Shown piece after piece: positions 38,692 to 49,888 of a stretch of DNA of 64,000 nucleotides; position 1 is the stretch's first letter; every line of letters starts with the position of its first letter. Where the stretch lies: the IMG/VR virus record IMGVR_UViG_3300031555_003117, positions 10,140-74,139 of that record, one strand, 5' to 3'. The notes under the pieces are model-generated. The model did no database searches. It had not been told where the DNA came from and was given only the letters and a program-made list of their open reading frames with translations. The translations under genes were made by a program, and so were the position numbers. Source of the DNA: a virus (Duplodnaviria > Caudoviricetes).

Positions 38692-39795
38692 TTAGGCAAG
38701 ACCGCCAATCTGAGTGTCATACAGCACGCCAATCTTGTGCTCATGTCCCTTGGCTACGTCGCAAGCCACTTCGATATCGAAGCGAGTCAGGATCTTGCCG
38801 CTCTTCACATCGTTGCCGGTGAAAGAGGTCAGACCGCCGCGAGTCCAAGTTGCGATGGGAGTCTGAATGCCAGCAGGAATAACGAAAGCAAGGCCAGCAG
38901 GCAGCAGAGTCTTGAAATTGTCGCCATCCTCATTTAGCTGATAGAAATCATAGGGATTGGGCATTTCAGTCAGGATAGCGCCATTATAAGAAGACAGTGC
39001 GCCATTCTGAGCCAGTTCATTCATGGCCTTTTCAGAAATACCAGTAATAGTATTGCCGTTTACAGTACCAACGTAACCCGCCCAAGGGGTGAACTGAGAA
39101 ATTACAGCATAATCACCAACAACAGTGGGGCGGCCATTGCGACGAACATTAAGCAGAACGCCGTCTACGCCGGTCTTGGTCAGGCCAGCGCCCTCGAAGT
39201 GATACTTCACGCCAGAAGCATTCTTAATGGCCTCATAAACGCGCTTCATGATTGCCATCTTAGCACGGTTCAGAATATCAATCTTCACATGCTGAATGCC
39301 TTCATTTTCCTTGCTCATGTCGCCCAGAGCAACGCGACGATAGTCAACTGCGTAGCCACCGGATACGGTGAAAGAGGGCACCTGATAAGTAACCTTGTTA
39401 ATTACAGGGAACACAACGTCGCCATTAGCAGCCTGCTCGCGAGAACGTTCGCCAGCTTCAGTATATACTTCGCGTTCGATGGTCTCATCGTAACCAACTG
39501 CCTGATAGGAACCGAAAATGCCCAGCAGCTTCAGCTCTTCCATAACGGGAGCTTCGATCACAAAGCGGCGCAGAGTATTCAGCTCGGATACGGCCATCAT
39601 ATCGCCGTTTTCGCAACGAGTGCCCAGATCCTTGATGTAATTTACAGCCACATCAGCCTTCTTGCCGAAACGATCCAGAGATTCGCCATTTACGAGAGCG
39701 GCGAAAACTTCAACAACGGGAGAGGTCTTGGTGAACTTGCCGTTGAAAATATCAGAGTCCTTACGGACGTTATTCATCTCAAATGTAGTATTCAT
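38692..39795 (-). CDS. Major capsid protein
   Basis: 367 aa; follows protease and decoration genes; strongly biased codon use; followed by hairpin GCAGGGTA/TACCCTGC. Confidence 0.8.
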   Translation of the reverse strand: MNTTFEMNNVRKDSDIFNGKFTKTSPVVEVFAALVNGESLDRFGKKADVAVNYIKDLGTRCENGDMMAVSELNTLRRFVIEAPVMEELKLLGIFGSYQAVGYDETIEREVYTEAGERSREQAANGDVVFPVINKVTYQVPSFTVSGGYAVDYRRVALGDMSKENEGIQHVKIDILNRAKMAIMKRVYEAIKNASGVKYHFEGAGLTKTGVDGVLLNVRRNGRPTVVGDYAVISQFTPWAGYVGTVNGNTITGISEKAMNELAQNGALSSYNGAILTEMPNPYDFYQLNEDGDNFKTLLPAGLAFVIPAGIQTPIATWTRGGLTSFTGNDVKSGKILTRFDIEVACDVAKGHEHKIGVLYDTQIGGLA

Positions 39796-39828
39796 GTTAT
39801 ATTACCATCCTTCTTAAGCTACTTTTGA

Positions 39829-40254
39829 TTAGGCGCACATAACGCGAGCCTTAACAGCCTTGCCAGTCAGAGTAGTCTTGTCGGTTACTACAAAGTAGAC
39901 ACCGGCAGCGGGGGCAGCATCTGCAACTTCCAGCTTGCCCTCATCATTTGCGGCAAGAATGGTTGCGTTGGCTTCCAGATCAGCATAGGATTTGCCCTCT
40001 GCATAAGCAATATGCTCCTCGTCGATGACCAGCTTCTGGCCTTCCCACGCCTTGACAGCATAACCATTGAGATATTCGCCAGCCTTAAAAGTAACATCCT
40101 TGGCATAGGCGTTATCGCCGGTTACAGTGTTGGATACCAGATAAAGGATGTCATTATCCTTGATAAATGCATAATTGGCAACCTCCTTCTCGGCTTTGAG
40201 AACGGGGTTAATCTTGGCAACTTCAATCATGCCCAGAGTTTCAACCTTAATCAT
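39829..40254 (-). CDS. Capsid decoration protein
   Basis: 141 aa between protease/scaffold and capsid genes, with the same codon bias as the capsid gene. Confidence 0.6.
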   Translation of the reverse strand: MIKVETLGMIEVAKINPVLKAEKEVANYAFIKDNDILYLVSNTVTGDNAYAKDVTFKAGEYLNGYAVKAWEGQKLVIDEEHIAYAEGKSYADLEANATILAANDEGKLEVADAAPAAGVYFVVTDKTTLTGKAVKARVMCA

Positions 40255-40307
40255 GTTTGGGTTCCTCCCTTATATAATGTCAAATAAACATATGATATGT
40301 TATATGA

Positions 40308-41498
40308 TTAGAAAATGCTATCATCTTCCTCTACTTCAGAAGCAGAGTTGATCTCGCTGAAAATGTCTTCAACAGTATCTTCGTGTACAGCATTCTGCTC
40401 TGCAACAACGGCGGCTTCCTTGGCCTTCTTACCAATGCCTTCCCAGATCTTGTTGACAACAGAATTCAGTTCGGCTTCAATGGGGTTTTCGGTGAAAGCG
40501 TTAATCTCAGCCTGAGCATATGCCTTTTCCTCTTCGGTAAACTCCTTGATAGCCTCATTCATTTCGCTTACGCGCTCCTTGGCCTGTGCCTTTGCAAGCT
40601 CTTCGCGCAGCTCCTTCATCTCTTCGTAGAGATTGTCGATCTTCTCATAAGCCTGCTTCAGCTCTTCGCGGCATTCCTCAAGCGCAGTCTTAATCTGCTC
40701 GGAACTGCCAATGACCTCATTCTTTTCGCTGGTAGCAGCTTCTACAAGGGCGTTGGCTTCGTTAATCTTAGCCTCACACTCTTCCTTGCACTTGTTGATT
40801 TCATTTATATGTGCGGTCATCTCGCTAACAGTTTGAGCAACGAGAGCCTTGATCTCAACATCATTCATAGTAGTCATATCCTCCTTGGTGTTTTTGTTTA
40901 GCTCCAGCAAACAAGCCGCATCATCTGCGGGCTGGACGCCTAACAACGCATATCCAGAAAACTGGAATTCAGTGGGAATTCTTCCGAAATCCACATAACC
41001 ATATTTATAAACAATCCCATCGTTATCATCGGTTTTCATTATTTCGACGCTGCCATATAAGGTATCACCCTTTGAAATATCTTTGAGCGTCTTAGTAACA
41101 AAATTATGATAGCAAGAAGCATCTATTTCGCCCTCGCCAATGCAATATTCCTTTACACCATCTTCGGTTTCTACCTCTTCGATATATCCTTTTGTAAAGG
41201 TGCCAATGGTTGTAGCGTTTTCAAAAATGGGCATGCCATCAATAATTCCTGTTTCTCCATGTCCCGATAACTCGGTTCGGTCATCGTCTAAAAACTCGGC
41301 GCGTAGAAACATCCCAGGGATTGTGTCAAGGTTTTTCTTTACATAGCTGCTGATCCATGAAATACCATTTCGGTTGTACTGTGTTCCAACCTTATTTTCT
41401 TCATCGATTGAAGAATCTGGGAATACCTCGCATAACACCATCTTGAATTTTCTACGACCATTTTTCAGGTTTCTCTTTGAAATCTCGAATGTCTTCAT
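40308..41498 (-). CDS. Prohead protease/scaffold
   Basis: N-terminal globular domain (GSVEI...FSGYALLG..PAD) plus a long acidic coiled-coil C-terminus. Confidence 0.7.
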   Translation of the reverse strand: MKTFEISKRNLKNGRRKFKMVLCEVFPDSSIDEENKVGTQYNRNGISWISSYVKKNLDTIPGMFLRAEFLDDDRTELSGHGETGIIDGMPIFENATTIGTFTKGYIEEVETEDGVKEYCIGEGEIDASCYHNFVTKTLKDISKGDTLYGSVEIMKTDDNDGIVYKYGYVDFGRIPTEFQFSGYALLGVQPADDAACLLELNKNTKEDMTTMNDVEIKALVAQTVSEMTAHINEINKCKEECEAKINEANALVEAATSEKNEVIGSSEQIKTALEECREELKQAYEKIDNLYEEMKELREELAKAQAKERVSEMNEAIKEFTEEEKAYAQAEINAFTENPIEAELNSVVNKIWEGIGKKAKEAAVVAEQNAVHEDTVEDIFSEINSASEVEEDDSIF

Positions 41499-41573
41499 TT
41501 TCTCACCACCTTCCAGGCTTTCCTAATAAAAAACAGGCCAAGCTTGCCTGCAAGATTGGAGCGCTATGCTCCA

Positions 41574-43226
41574 TTATTTCTTATCACTTGGACTCGGCAA
41601 TGCATTGCCGTTATTGCTTCGTGATTGAACCGTCTTTTCTGATGGGTTGTCAGTCACTGGTCTACCGCCCTTATTATCGTCAGATGACAATGTGTAGCTC
41701 GTCTGATGCGGTTTATACTTTTCGTATATACCAGATTCAATCTCTTCGTCCAACATGGCGAAGAATACATCTGGCTGAATCCCACATGCAGCGATCCAAA
41801 GGTTCAAGCTCCCACATCCCTGCAGGTATAGATCTTTGATATGCCCGACCATGCTCTTCTTGTTCAGGTGAGTCATGGGTAAGTATTTGCATTCAACCCA
41901 ATTTCGATTATCCTTAATAACGTTTGCATTGATGCACTTATTCAGTTCGCTTTCAATTTGCTCAATCCATTGAAATAGCTGCGAAGAAACAAGTTCAAGA
42001 TTCGATTCCTGAGATGAATAACTTCCGCTACCGCTACCAGACAGAGCATTTGCAGCAAATCCAAGATCAAGTGCGATCTTTTCATCGAGAGACGATTCAT
42101 TTTTCTCATCAAAGATGCTAGTATTTGCAGTATCAAGCGCATTAATTTTTGTGCCAGAAGCTATGGAAAAGAAACTCGTTCCACCACGGTTATTCTTGTT
42201 CATAACTGCAGTTTTAACTGCTTCATGCTGATCCTTCTGCTGAGATTTGGTAAGCGCGGATGTTCCTTTTTCCTTTCCTTCTGGGAAAGTCTGGTATACA
42301 ACGCGGTTGTTCATCTCATTTAGCACATTGCGTTTGGTATCAGTAAAATAATCCCTATATAAAATATCAGATATAGCAGCAAGAACAATCGGTCGCCCAT
42401 ATTGTTCTTCTCGTTTAGATCTGATCTTGTGAGTAATCGTTCTACTATTGTCAAGAATTACCCAATTCCCATTATCATCAGTAGAACTGCGCTTACCTCT
42501 GGAATGATAGGCATCACGGATTTCCTTTGGATATTTCCTGAGCTTTCGTTCACATGATTCGCCACTTGGCTCATTGAAATAATCCAGATTAAAAGCGAGA
42601 ACGTAGGACGAATTCTTTATGCCCACAATTCGTGTATAATCCACTGGCAACGAAATTACACTTGCATTTATTCCGAGCTCGTTAATTTCAGTGATAGTGT
42701 TCACATCGTAATCAGTAAGCGTTTTGCGGTTGTTAACCGGACGATTGGTGGTCTCAAAGTAATAGAACGCACATCCATCAATCATTCCACGGAATAGAGC
42801 ATCGCGAACAATCTCTTTGTCTTTGATTGTTCTGAGCGTAGAAAGCATGCGATCCTTGTTGACTCTTTTCTTATTCTCGCTTTTACCGTGCGGAACAACC
42901 ACTCTATCCAGCGTTGGAAGCGCTGTCATATAGTCAACAGTATTTGTATAAGTACCATTTGCGCTATAAAGGATGTTGGAAATCTCACGCAGCAGAGCAT
43001 TATTCTCCATTGGATTCCGAACCAATGCCGCTAGGTGCTCAGGTTTATACAAATCAAAAATATTCATGCAAAAGTATTGCATTGAATACCGCATAGAACT
43101 ATTGTATGAACAAAATTCGTTGGTATGGTTTTGTTCAGTAGCTTGATTGCGTCCACTAGAATTGTCTTTGCCAGAAGGAGGACGCTTCACTTTGGCAGGA
43201 GTGGGGGAGGGATGTTTATTCTCCAA
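41574..43226 (-). CDS. Portal protein
   Basis: 550 aa directly after TerL; ends with the typical GGRP tail. Confidence 0.75.
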   Translation of the reverse strand: MENKHPSPTPAKVKRPPSGKDNSSGRNQATEQNHTNEFCSYNSSMRYSMQYFCMNIFDLYKPEHLAALVRNPMENNALLREISNILYSANGTYTNTVDYMTALPTLDRVVVPHGKSENKKRVNKDRMLSTLRTIKDKEIVRDALFRGMIDGCAFYYFETTNRPVNNRKTLTDYDVNTITEINELGINASVISLPVDYTRIVGIKNSSYVLAFNLDYFNEPSGESCERKLRKYPKEIRDAYHSRGKRSSTDDNGNWVILDNSRTITHKIRSKREEQYGRPIVLAAISDILYRDYFTDTKRNVLNEMNNRVVYQTFPEGKEKGTSALTKSQQKDQHEAVKTAVMNKNNRGGTSFFSIASGTKINALDTANTSIFDEKNESSLDEKIALDLGFAANALSGSGSGSYSSQESNLELVSSQLFQWIEQIESELNKCINANVIKDNRNWVECKYLPMTHLNKKSMVGHIKDLYLQGCGSLNLWIAACGIQPDVFFAMLDEEIESGIYEKYKPHQTSYTLSSDDNKGGRPVTDNPSEKTVQSRSNNGNALPSPSDKK

Positions 43227-43241
43227 TTCCTTGTCCTCCTT

Positions 43242-43766
43242 TTAGTTTATATATACTGAGTATTCATACTCGTCATTCTTTGAAATCAGATCTTTTTCAA
43301 GCAGCGAAGCAAAATATGAGCCATAGCTGCAAGAAGTATATCTATCCTTGCGATTTGCACCTTGTTCTTTAATAACAATTACACCAGTTTGTTCTTTCTT
43401 TTCATAAACTAGCGCAGTCGTTTCACCAATTAAAGCCTGCGTTTCCAGAAAAGGCGCTTCATAGAAAGATTGAACCTCTGGATCTGGAGATGAAATGTAC
43501 TCTTTGATGTTCGGCAGTATCTCTTCATATGCTTTTTCAAAGCTAATCAGAAAATCAATCTGCTTTCCATCAAGCACATACCTGAAATCATGCGCAATAT
43601 CGCTATTGAGCTTCTGGCTTGCATTAATCGCAAAGATACATGGAAGCGCACCTTCTATCTTAATACGATTAGCAATTGTATCATCATTCATGCATGTCAA
43701 CGGAGCGTATTCGCAATCGCGCTCCTCGTCATACATGATCTTTGCCAACATATCGTATATAGCAAT
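43242..43766 (-). CDS. terL: Terminase large subunit, exon 2 (nuclease C-terminus)
   Basis: IAIYDML...RKDRYTSCSYG; spliced product is 612 aa. Confidence 0.85.
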   Translation of the reverse strand: MAIYDMLAKIMYDEERDCEYAPLTCMNDDTIANRIKIEGALPCIFAINASQKLNSDIAHDFRYVLDGKQIDFLISFEKAYEEILPNIKEYISSPDPEVQSFYEAPFLETQALIGETTALVYEKKEQTGVIVIKEQGANRKDRYTSCSYGSYFASLLEKDLISKNDEYEYSVYIN

Positions 43767-44964
43767 CATTTGTTATCGTATTGGCTTTTTATCCAATACT
43801 TCTGGCAGTTGTCCTTTCTGCCAGTTCAGCATATCTTTTTACCATGGTCTTTTAAGAAATTAAATAGTTGGAATTTAGTAGTATGGCTTTTCCCAAACAG
43901 CCTATGGAATTCAATATGACAATCTTTGCAAAGGGTTATGCCGTTATCTACATCATAGCGAAGGCTGACATTATCCTTCCAATTGTTTATATGATGTGCA
44001 TTTAAAAATACAGCCGTTCCACTCCTGCTCCTGCGACCACATTTTCGGCAAGTATAATCATCTCTTTCAAACACCCTGCGTCGCCAAGTTATATACTCAG
44101 ACGTAGAACGTTCTGCTCTATGAAAAGCAACTCCGCCTTTCCATTTATGGTTGTCAGCACCCGTTTTATGGTAATTACATATATAATATGGAACACCATA
44201 CTTGTCCTGACAAGTGCGCATTGTTTTTCGTTGAATAAGAGTTGATTGCATTGGTGATTTTACACCATAGCGCATAAGATTGGTGGCATAGATTTTCTTT
44301 TGAACTTCCTCAGATCCAAAAGGATTTTCCACACCATATCTTTCAATGTTTGTAATTTTGACCTTCTCCTTTACCTCTGGAAGTAGAAGAACATTTGTAA
44401 CGCCATATTTTGCCATAGCAGTATCAGATATCTTATGTTTTCTGCAATCAATACAACAGTCTGTATGAACTTCAGAATCACGATTTTCTCTAATATATCT
44501 GTACCACGGCTTAGAATATACTTTCTTACAGTAATCGCATTTGATTTCAACTTCTACATTACTTCCATCTGGAAGATCAATAACCTTTAAACAAAATTTC
44601 ATTCCCATAGCTGAAAAGGGGTATCCTTTTTCAACATACCATTTTTTATTTCTTGCATTCCAACTTTGTTGAATAGTTGTGGTTAATAGCATTACATCAT
44701 CCCTTTATATAAAAACGAGATGATATAATTCATCATCTCGTGCATGATATAGAAGGTCGGTGTCTATCCAACAATTCTATCTTATCAAACTTTAGGTAAC
44801 GCAGACTCATGGATGGGTTATAGTCTATCTAAATAGGATCACCATCTATGCGTTGCCCATGACCACGCTTTTAAACATAGCCTTCAGGTCGGATTCGCGT
44901 TTCAGCGTCCCCGATTTTTTCTGCGTTCATAATGACATGTGTTTCCACATGAAACGGCATTGCT
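43767..44964 (-). mobile_element. Group I intron in terL (1198 nt) with an HNH ORF
   Basis: Guide AGCAAT-GCC pairs with 3' exon ATTGCT and 5' exon GGT. P7 variant GCATA (44847-51)/TATGC (43829-33). Ends AAATG|. Splicing gives DTRNAG-IAIYD. Confidence 0.9.
43826..44692 (-). CDS. Intron-encoded HNH homing endonuclease
   Basis: CRKCG...NAHHINNW...NGITLCKDCHIEFH; KYGV repeats; stop overlaps the intron core. Confidence 0.85.
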   Translation of the reverse strand: MLLTTTIQQSWNARNKKWYVEKGYPFSAMGMKFCLKVIDLPDGSNVEVEIKCDYCKKVYSKPWYRYIRENRDSEVHTDCCIDCRKHKISDTAMAKYGVTNVLLLPEVKEKVKITNIERYGVENPFGSEEVQKKIYATNLMRYGVKSPMQSTLIQRKTMRTCQDKYGVPYYICNYHKTGADNHKWKGGVAFHRAERSTSEYITWRRRVFERDDYTCRKCGRRSRSGTAVFLNAHHINNWKDNVSLRYDVDNGITLCKDCHIEFHRLFGKSHTTKFQLFNFLKDHGKKIC

Positions 44965-46278
44965 ACCTGCATTTCTTGTATCTAATACGATATAATCCGC
45001 CCCAAAATCCTCAAAAAGCTGTCGTATGCGAACGGCTTGCTTGGCCGTATCGCCGCCCTGTACAGATTCAATATAGGAAACCACTCTGCGATAGCCATTA
45101 TCTACTACAACATCATTGCTTGAATTTTCACGCTTATGGATCGTCCTTTCTGGTAAAAGTCGCATCAGGGTGAAAATCGAATTATCGTTGCGCTTGTTTT
45201 CAATAAACGCCATATCGCAAGAAACAATTCGGATTTCTCCGTGCTGTTTTTGAATGTCATGCGGGTTTTTACGGTTTGCCCGAACATCCATCGCATTTCG
45301 TGGATAGAATACTTTCTTCAGTCGTTGGTTTTGCTGCAACATTGAATATGTAAAGAATGCATGTTCATTTTCCTTTACACGCTCATTCAAGAATTCAATT
45401 CTCCATGTAAGAGGATCTTGCTTCTTCTTTTCACGCTGCATCTGCCTCATTGTCCTGATATTATGCTTTAGAGTAATACTTTCATCAAAAGCCAAAAGAC
45501 AGGAGCCGTCATCCTTGTGCATTCCATTGAAAGCCTGATCGACGATATTCCACATCCAATGCCCGTTATCAATCCAACTAGAACTGATATAGACATCAAC
45601 AGGCTCCTCCTGTAACTCAACAACCTGCGCATAATACGGGTCAATCATATAAGGAGGTTGCCGTATAGTCTGGAATGGAGAAAGAATCTTGTCATCAATG
45701 ATTTTGTCAATCTGGCGAAACTCCTCTCTGATAACACAGTTAGATCGGTATCCGCGCCCGTTCTCGCTTGCGGGAACAACAGTAATTGTGCTACTATTCT
45801 TGAAGTAGACAATAACTTCGTTCTGATTGTCCTTGATACTTCGAATTTCTCGTCGCAACATAGGAGACATATTCATAAGCTCATTGCGGATCTTTTCCGA
45901 AATAATCAATTTGCTCTGTCCCTTTGTAGCTGATGATAGCGTTATCTTTGCATATGGTCGCAAAATGCACCTGCAGCAAGCGTATAGAGCGATAATGAAA
46001 GACTTTGCCGCAGCACGGCTTGCAACAATCACAATAAATTGGCATATACCCATAAGGTATAATAGTATTGCCTGATAATTGTGTAGGTTGATACCCAGAA
46101 AATCTATCGCAAACCTGTGTAAATTGCGCCTAAAAAAAGTGTTCCAAAGGAACACATGATCCATATTCTGTTCATTTCCAAGAAAGCTGTTATTGGGAAA
46201 TTTCTTATAGAGCTCTTTTTGCCGATCATCCGCATGGCGACTTTTATAGTGCTTACTCGGCGTAGTCACCATTATCAT
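44965..46278 (-). CDS. terL: Terminase large subunit, exon 1 (ATPase and start of nuclease)
   Basis: ASRAAAKSF Walker A-like; GYRSNCVIREEF Walker B-like; SCDMAF and VLDTRN nuclease acidic residues. Confidence 0.9.
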
Positions 46279-47158
46279 CCTCGTCCTTTACACAGAACTC
46301 AGCATCCCTGTCCTGCGTGCCAAACATCAAATTTCGCAACGGCCTTAAAACAAAGCGCTCAAAGTAATCTCCTAAACCATCAAAGTCTTTATACAGCTTC
46401 TTGTTTTTATAGTATTCTTCGGGAGTGTACTGCGAAATGCGTTCCTGCCAAATACCCCAGCAATCATCACTGTTCATGCTGGTATCCTGAACGGTCTTTA
46501 ATCCTGCCTGCGTAAAGGTCTTTCGATAGGATTCAGTCAACTTGTTATAATCGTCAACGCGACCCTCGCGAACAGCACGCATCTGCTGCATCTTCGTATA
46601 ACACAAATCAGTAATGAAGATTTCCTGATTGCTGTCGCAGTTGGGATTTGCGGATTTAAGATACTTATAATGGTCTTCCAGCGTATTATAATCCAAAGGG
46701 CTTGGTAATCCTTCTCCCCACTTGCGAATGAGCGCAGGATCAATCAAGTCTGCATGGTCGTCTTCTCGTTTTTCCAGCTCAATGCTGGATTTCTCGCCGG
46801 TAAAGTAAAACCCGTCATCAATTGTGCAATCAAATGTTTTACCTCTATGTTGACCAAGATTCATATGTCGCATGTATTTACCTACGGCTGTATTATCATC
46901 AATATCACATAGATCAAACACATCGGCATTGAAATAAATATCAAAAGCCATGCACAATCTTTGCATGGCTCTTTGTGAACTTCCGTACATGATCTTGTAC
47001 TTTTTATATTCTAAGACAAGGCAATCCTTACAGATAGGCAAATGCCCAGTATCTGAATAAAGTTCACTGTGACTCCTGAAGTGATTCTTCTCGGCAGATT
47101 CATTTCCGCATTTACAGCACTTATACTTGATTGTTTTCGTTCCAGTATTTGCCGCCAT
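46253..47158 (-). CDS. Terminase small subunit-like protein with N-terminal Zn finger
   Basis: CCKCG...PICKDC; directly upstream of and overlapping TerL. Confidence 0.6.
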   Translation of the reverse strand: MAANTGTKTIKYKCCKCGNESAEKNHFRSHSELYSDTGHLPICKDCLVLEYKKYKIMYGSSQRAMQRLCMAFDIYFNADVFDLCDIDDNTAVGKYMRHMNLGQHRGKTFDCTIDDGFYFTGEKSSIELEKREDDHADLIDPALIRKWGEGLPSPLDYNTLEDHYKYLKSANPNCDSNQEIFITDLCYTKMQQMRAVREGRVDDYNKLTESYRKTFTQAGLKTVQDTSMNSDDCWGIWQERISQYTPEEYYKNKKLYKDFDGLGDYFERFVLRPLRNLMFGTQDRDAEFCVKDEDDNGDYAE

Positions 47159-47175
47159 AAATCCACCTCCGCAGA

Positions 47176-47652
47176 TTAATCATCTGTGCAAAGCAGATTT
47201 CTGATAAACTCTTCAACGCTTTTCCGGTCAATGTTTTCGCATTTGATGCAATCAAAGCATTCCTCAGCTTCAAATTCAAGTTGATAGCAATTATCAGAAT
47301 CCTGACCAATCAGGATTGATGAACTTGCTCGTGCATCAATAAACAGCATATCTGCATCAAACCACAAATATCCGTTTTCATTGCATCCATCTTCGCCCTG
47401 CCATGCAGGTTCAATATTGAGAATCAGATCAGGGTCAAGTGAAATGTAATACTCCTTGTAATATCCATTCACATCACCAGGCGCAATATTGATGGCATCT
47501 ACATCAACGTTAATGCTATCAAGTAGACATCGCATTAATTCAACTGCTTCTTCATAAAAAAGAGCAGCATATACAACTTTTCCGCTATATGCTGCATCTT
47601 GCATAATATCCGCCAATGCATCAATGTCGTGAACATATATCTGTTTCTCCAT
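47176..47652 (-). CDS. Hypothetical protein
   Basis: Acidic 158-aa ORF coupled to the HU stop codon. Confidence 0.5.
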   Translation of the reverse strand: MEKQIYVHDIDALADIMQDAAYSGKVVYAALFYEEAVELMRCLLDSINVDVDAINIAPGDVNGYYKEYYISLDPDLILNIEPAWQGEDGCNENGYLWFDADMLFIDARASSSILIGQDSDNCYQLEFEAEECFDCIKCENIDRKSVEEFIRNLLCTDD

Positions 47653-47939
47653 TACAATTCACCACATTTCTTGACGGCATCCTTGATATTCTTGCTGACT
47701 TTACACTTCACACTCTTAACAGCGGGGAAGTGCTGCATTTCGCCTGTAGCGGGATTGCGTGCGGTGCGCTCTGTGCGTTCAGTTACCTCAAAACTCATAA
47801 AATCTTTGATAATAACCTTTTCGCCATTTACCAGAGCATCAGTAATTTCCCGTGCAAAAGCATCTACTACAGCTTCACAGGATTCCTTTTTAATACCTGT
47901 ACGGTATGAAATTTTTGATACTAATTCATTCTTTCCCAT
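47652..47939 (-). CDS. HU/IHF-family DNA-binding protein
   Basis: KNELVSKI...GEKVIIKDFMSFEV..R..R.ARNPATGE...PA. Confidence 0.9.
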   Translation of the reverse strand: MGKNELVSKISYRTGIKKESCEAVVDAFAREITDALVNGEKVIIKDFMSFEVTERTERTARNPATGEMQHFPAVKSVKCKVSKNIKDAVKKCGEL

Positions 47940-47942
47940 TGC

Positions 47943-49178
47943 TTATTCTCCATCTTTTGTCTTCAGATTTATCGGATAGCAGCACTTTACGCCGTTTGCG
48001 TCAACTACCGCCACCATTTGGGCAGGTGCACCAGTAATTCTCTTTGATACACAATAATCACTACCTGACCCGCAGAAACTGCCGCTTCGGATCAATTTAA
48101 CATCCGCAATATCGTCAAAGCTGTTATGGTGCATATGTCCCATAAAAATAGCAGTAGGCTTATAACCAATCATCATTACCAGCTTTGAAACGCCTGATTC
48201 ACTGTATGAGTCCCAATCGCCATGTACCAGAAGATAATCCTGTTTACGAATCTTCACATGTCCAATTGTTGGATCATAGTTGTCACCGTCAATAAAGTGG
48301 ATGTTCTGAATATGTTTAAGTTCGGCTTTCATGTACCAAGGAATCAGATTGTCCAACCGATTTCCGCGAAGAACCTGATCCTTAAATGATGTGCGGCTAT
48401 GGTTTCCAGCCACACCATTAATATATACGTTTTTAAATGTCAAACTCAGTGCATGTGCGAAAATTGACAATTCCTCTGCGCAATGCTGAACCTGTTCAAT
48501 CAGCGATTCGCGGTTTTCAAGCTGCGTAGTGAAGTGAATCTCGCCATTGATAAGATCGCCAAGGAAGAAAATATAGGCATTCTCCGAATGATGTGCCTGT
48601 TGCACTTCTAAGATCTTCTGATAATACAGGTTAAGTCTCTCTGCAGCTATATCAGAATCGTATTTCCCAAAACGGTTGTCGTTTTTGGCGCCTATATGAA
48701 AATCGGACAGGCAAATCACCAAGTCATTGTCCGAAGAAATTGTCGGCGTGTCATGTGCGGGCATACTACGCACTCCGCGTTCACTGATGATCCGCTCCAG
48801 ATACTTCAAATCATTCTCAGCTCGCGCCTGTTCTCTGAGCGATTTATTCAATTCTTTGCGTTCGTCGAATACTTTTTGCTTTTCCATGCGAATAGCCTGT
48901 CGCTCTGCTCGCATTTCTTTGAGGTAACGATCCTCAGATTTTTCCTCGGCATGTTTGGCTTTGAAGTATTCTGATACAAAAGCGCCGCCAAAAACCGTCT
49001 GAGTGGCTTTGCGCAGCGTATCATAATGGATGTTCAATCCGTATTTGTCAATTATTTCCTGCCAGTCAATATCAATGATCCGATTGGCTTTTGCATAAGC
49101 ATCTGAAAGGCATGCTTCATATAGCTCAGGCGTTAGCCCCAGCTCTTCGATTTTCTTTTTTAAATTGTCCATCATCAT
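47943..49178 (-). CDS. Calcineurin-like metallophosphoesterase
   Basis: SDFHIG, GDLING, GNHSR, VHGD and GHMHH motifs; start chosen at MMMDN with RBS AGGAG. Confidence 0.85.
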   Translation of the reverse strand: MMMDNLKKKIEELGLTPELYEACLSDAYAKANRIIDIDWQEIIDKYGLNIHYDTLRKATQTVFGGAFVSEYFKAKHAEEKSEDRYLKEMRAERQAIRMEKQKVFDERKELNKSLREQARAENDLKYLERIISERGVRSMPAHDTPTISSDNDLVICLSDFHIGAKNDNRFGKYDSDIAAERLNLYYQKILEVQQAHHSENAYIFFLGDLINGEIHFTTQLENRESLIEQVQHCAEELSIFAHALSLTFKNVYINGVAGNHSRTSFKDQVLRGNRLDNLIPWYMKAELKHIQNIHFIDGDNYDPTIGHVKIRKQDYLLVHGDWDSYSESGVSKLVMMIGYKPTAIFMGHMHHNSFDDIADVKLIRSGSFCGSGSDYCVSKRITGAPAQMVAVVDANGVKCCYPINLKTKDGE

Positions 49179-49373
49179 TCTCCTACTTCTGTAGGCACTT
49201 CTGCGATGGTGGCGCTTTTCTAATTCGGGCATATTTACCCTATCCTGGCAACGGCTCAACGCCTAACCCCAGCAAAATCTCCGATTTCACTCCCAGGACG
49301 AGATCCACCATCATCGACCATTCGTGCATAGAAATGCCGACTAATTTGTTTTGTTCTATCTTCCTCAAAGTTA

Positions 49374-49449
<76 letters not shown>

Positions 49450-49452
49450 AAA

Positions 49453-49528
49453 TGGCGCTCGGTACTGGGCTCGAACCAGTGACCCTTCGGTTAACAGCCG
49501 AATACTCTACCAACTGAGCTAACCGAGC
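49453..49528 (-). tRNA. tRNA-Asn(GUU)
   Basis: GCTCGGTTAGCTCAGTTGGTAGAG...CT-GTT-AA...GGTTCGAGCC...CCGAGCGCCA. Confidence 0.93.
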
Positions 49529-49888
49529 ATATGAGCAGAGACGCTTGCTGATCTGCTCATAAAAGAAAAGAAAGGATTAAATGATTGCGGGAATCCGAGA
49601 GTCTGAAAACAACTTATCATCAGTATCGAAACATAGAATAGAAGGAAGACCCTCTCAGCCGCAATGAATGTATAGCCCGCACTCAAAGGTGGCGGAACAC
49701 CTTGAAGCTCAATTTGCACTGGCACAGTGCAATAACCACCGTACCAGCACAAGACACAAAAGAAAAGAGAGAAAGATGAGAACGTAGAGAGCCTATATAC
49801 CCTCCATAAATACCAAAATTTAGACCTTTTGAAAATACCCCTTCAAAACCAGCAAACTTTGCGGGTTTTGAGGGAACTTTTTAGACCT

